Shown here: positions 26,563 to 28,269 of the stretch, piece after piece | How the letters are laid out: every line of letters begins with the position of its first letter | Position numbering within the stretch: the stretch's first letter is position 1 | Virus record (IMG/VR): IMGVR_UViG_3300016471_000119 | Coordinates: 1 to 28,269 of that record | Length of the DNA stretch: 28,269 bases | Strand: one strand, 5' to 3' | Source of the DNA: a virus | Taxonomy: Duplodnaviria; Caudoviricetes | Notes under the pieces: generated by a model | What the model was told of the DNA's origin: nothing | Databases searched by the model: none | Seen by the model: only the letters and a program-made list of their open reading frames with translations | Translations under genes and position numbers: made by a program

Positions 26563-27338
26563 GAAAGAGGCTGTTCTACGACATAGAGACCTCTTTCAAT
26601 GTAGGAGTGTTCTGGAGAACAGGCTATAACATAACAATAAACCCACAAGACATCATACATGAGCGTGCTATCATCTGCATCTGCTACAAATGGGAGGGTG
26701 AAGATACCATACATAGCCTAACCTGGTCCAAGAGCCAAAGTGATAAGGCCATGATACGTGACTTTATCAAGATCATGAACCAAGCAGATGAGATAGTGGC
26801 TCACAATGGTGATAGATTTGATTTGAAATGGATACGCACAAGGGCTCTAATGCATGACATTGATGTTATGCCTGCACCCAAGACCATAGACACGCTTAAA
26901 TGGGCTAAAAAGTACTTCAATTTTAATAGCAATAAACTAGACTACATAGCTCAACTGCTCAAGGTAGGTGCCAAGATGGATACAGGTGGCCTTGAGCTTT
27001 GGAAGGATATTGTATTCCGGAAGGACCAAGCCGCCCTGGATAAGATGGTAGAGTACTGCAAGATGGATGTACAGGTCCTTGAGGGTGTATTCAACAAGCT
27101 CAATAGCTACACCCTACCACAGCATAACTATGCAGTACAGCATGGTGGTGAGAAGTTTGAGTGCGCTGAGTGTGGTGGTACTACCTTCCAGTACAACCGC
27201 AAAACAGTCACAGTAGCAGGCACAGTACACCACTGGCTTAAGTGCAGAGACTGTGGCAAACACCATAAGATCAATCAGCTCACTTTCTCCAAGTACCAGA
27301 AATACATCTACCGCAAGAGTAAGCCCTTCCCAGCCTAA
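26559..27338 (+). CDS. DEDD/RNase H-like (RNase_H_2/YprB-type) exonuclease with C-terminal zinc ribbon
   Basis: FYDIET, VAHNGDRFD, IDTLK, SNKLDYI, YCKMDV; CAEC...CRDC. Confidence 0.85.
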   Translation: MRKRLFYDIETSFNVGVFWRTGYNITINPQDIIHERAIICICYKWEGEDTIHSLTWSKSQSDKAMIRDFIKIMNQADEIVAHNGDRFDLKWIRTRALMHDIDVMPAPKTIDTLKWAKKYFNFNSNKLDYIAQLLKVGAKMDTGGLELWKDIVFRKDQAALDKMVEYCKMDVQVLEGVFNKLNSYTLPQHNYAVQHGGEKFECAECGGTTFQYNRKTVTVAGTVHHWLKCRDCGKHHKINQLTFSKYQKYIYRKSKPFPA

Positions 27339-27380
27339 AGGCTTAATTTTCAAAGTATTTTTCACGTCTAAAGGCTTAAT
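27335..27380 (+). repeat. 13-bp direct repeat
   Basis: CTAAAGGCTTAAT at 27335-27347 and 27368-27380. Confidence 0.8.
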
Positions 27381-27384
27381 CCTT

Positions 27385-27403
27385 ATTTAGAACCATTCTA
27401 AAT
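27385..27403. promoter_or_regulatory. Perfect 8-3-8 palindrome, putative protein-binding site
   Basis: ATTTAGAA-CCA-TTCTAAAT upstream of the main early promoter. Confidence 0.55.
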
Positions 27404-27436
27404 TTCACTAATAAGTAAAAAATTAGTTAGTAATTA

Positions 27437-27466
27437 TTTGCAGATATGAAACTTTTTATATCTTTG
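27437..27466 (+). promoter_or_regulatory. Consensus Bacteroidota primary-sigma promoter (early operon)
   Basis: TTTG (27437-27440), 18-nt spacer, TATCTTTG (27459-27466). Confidence 0.8.
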
Positions 27467-27494
27467 TAAGGTATTAACCAATAAAAATTACAAA

Positions 27495-27671
27495 ATGACA
27501 AAAGAAGAAATCTTAGAAACCGTCCTAAACTACTACCAAGAGCTTAATGCTGATTATGAGGAGAACCGTGATGCCTTTGGCTTGAGTGATCCAGACACCC
27601 AGAGAAGCTACACCAAGCTATATGCTGTAGAACAGTTACTTAACCGCTTAAATTTACCTACCAATGACTAA
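27495..27671 (+). CDS. 58-aa hypothetical early protein (not in ORF track)
   Basis: MTKEEILETVLNYYQELNADYEENRDAFG...; first ORF after the promoter, A-rich leader. Confidence 0.75.
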   Translation: MTKEEILETVLNYYQELNADYEENRDAFGLSDPDTQRSYTKLYAVEQLLNRLNLPTND

Positions 27672-27762
27672 AAAACAATTACTTGACATTTTTTTGGGTG
27701 GTCTAGTAGTGGCCGCTACACCTTTTATCTTATATAAACTTTTAATACTTATCATGTTATGA
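27664..27762 (+). CDS. 32-aa membrane peptide (not in ORF track)
   Basis: MTKKQLLDIFLGGLVVAATPFILYKLLILIML; overlaps both neighbours. Confidence 0.65.
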   Translation: MTKKQLLDIFLGGLVVAATPFILYKLLILIML

Positions 27763-28070
27763 ACGAGCACGTAGAACTTAGTGATTATTTTTGTCAATTC
27801 TCCTTCTCAAGGAGTGAGACCATGGATATCTGGGGTAATTGTATGTATACCTTGGTAGATGATCTAGATGATAACTTCTTTGTGGAGGTAGATAATATAG
27901 AAGCCTTCTATGATGCAGGTGAAACTGAGCTACCAGTGAAGCTCACTGAGTATGAGATAGACCTGCTATGTGAGTGGATCTATGAAGAAGCTAACCAGCG
28001 CAATATGTGGGAGGACTTTAGAGATGTAGATCGTGAATGGATGGATAAAGATGATGCAGAATATATATGA
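27759..28070 (+). CDS. Highly acidic hypothetical protein
   Basis: 103 aa, D/E-rich; ATGA coupling. Confidence 0.75.
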   Translation: MNEHVELSDYFCQFSFSRSETMDIWGNCMYTLVDDLDDNFFVEVDNIEAFYDAGETELPVKLTEYEIDLLCEWIYEEANQRNMWEDFRDVDREWMDKDDAEYI

Positions 28071-28269
28071 ATATGCCAGATGGTGGAGGGAGCAATCATT
28101 TGCAGGAGATAAGGGCGGCTCATTTGATATAGAACTTTATTTAGAAATCTTAAAATGCAAAGCAAAATGTATAGACTCGAATACTACATCCATGACAAGC
28201 TCATCAATCAATGGGGCTTCAAGTCCTTTGCCTTGTGCAAATGGAAAAGGAGACTGCCTGATGGGGCAC
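28051..28269 (+). CDS. Hypothetical protein continuing across the circular junction to position 41
   Basis: MMQNIYEYARWWREQSFAGDKGGSFDIELYLEILKCK...GDCLMGH then FKIVRL-stop; its TGA overlaps the HNH ATG at 38. Confidence 0.55.
   Translation, partial: MMQNIYEYARWWREQSFAGDKGGSFDIELYLEILKCKAKCIDSNTTSMTSSSINGASSPLPCANGKGDCLMGH
28167..28269 (+). CDS. Small hypothetical protein continuing across the junction to position 25
   Basis: MYRLEYYIHDKLINQWGFKSFALCKWKRRLPDGAL; A-rich start context; nested in another frame. Confidence 0.45.
   Translation, partial: MYRLEYYIHDKLINQWGFKSFALCKWKRRLPDGA
28250..28269 (+). repeat. Terminal direct repeat, right copy
   Basis: Identical to 1-20. Confidence 0.95.

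Larger units (their letters stand above)
1..28269 (+). mobile_element. Complete circularised tailed phage genome (Caudoviricetes, probably siphovirus-like), probable Bacteroidota host
   Basis: Terminase, portal, capsid, tape measure, lysis and replication genes; 20-bp terminal overlap; no host genes; Bacteroidota-type TAnnTTTG promoters. Confidence 0.95.

Noticed and set aside
27335-27403. Mini CRISPR array
   Set aside because: Only two 13-bp repeats with a 20-bp spacer; too short, and no cas genes
119-28165. Numerous 60-106 aa minus-strand and alternate-frame ORFs in the track
   Set aside because: Shadows of well-supported plus-strand genes, with no motifs or promoters; only 19032-19763 and 19684-20247 are accepted on the minus strand
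1-28269. Stop-codon reassignment
   Set aside because: Long uninterrupted ORFs in code 11; TAA, TGA and TAG all end genes

Overview
The window looks like a complete, circularly assembled ~28.25 kb tailed dsDNA phage genome. Bases 1-20 are repeated at 28250-28269 and reading frames run through the junction. The host is very probably a Bacteroidota bacterium, judging from TAnnTTTG promoters, no Shine-Dalgarno sites, DUF3127 and a BT4734/VirE_N primase. Early/middle region (27495 through the junction to 8331): small ORFs, HNH nuclease, DnaA-IV-like HTH protein, putative origin, primase-SF3 helicase, T5orf172 nuclease, VRR-NUC, ERF plus exonuclease, DUF3127 and a sigma-factor-like protein. Late region (8321-27338): terminases, tail genes, tape measure, prohead protease, capsid, tail tube, portal, holin/amidase/u-spanin and a DEDD exonuclease, in non-canonical order. 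I saw no integrase, clear repressor, DNA polymerase, tRNA or CRISPR array. The most interesting signal is regulatory. (1) A motif TRAACA-N14-16-ACAATATA sits 3-5 nt before the first start codon of all five late gene blocks, suggesting leaderless late promoters read by the phage sigma-like protein. (2) A ~50 nt promoter-to-terminator unit at 1501-1551 is complementary to the 5' leaders of the host-sigma transcripts that have leaders, making it a candidate antisense sRNA for an early-to-late switch. All protein calls come from motifs recognised by eye, not database searches.
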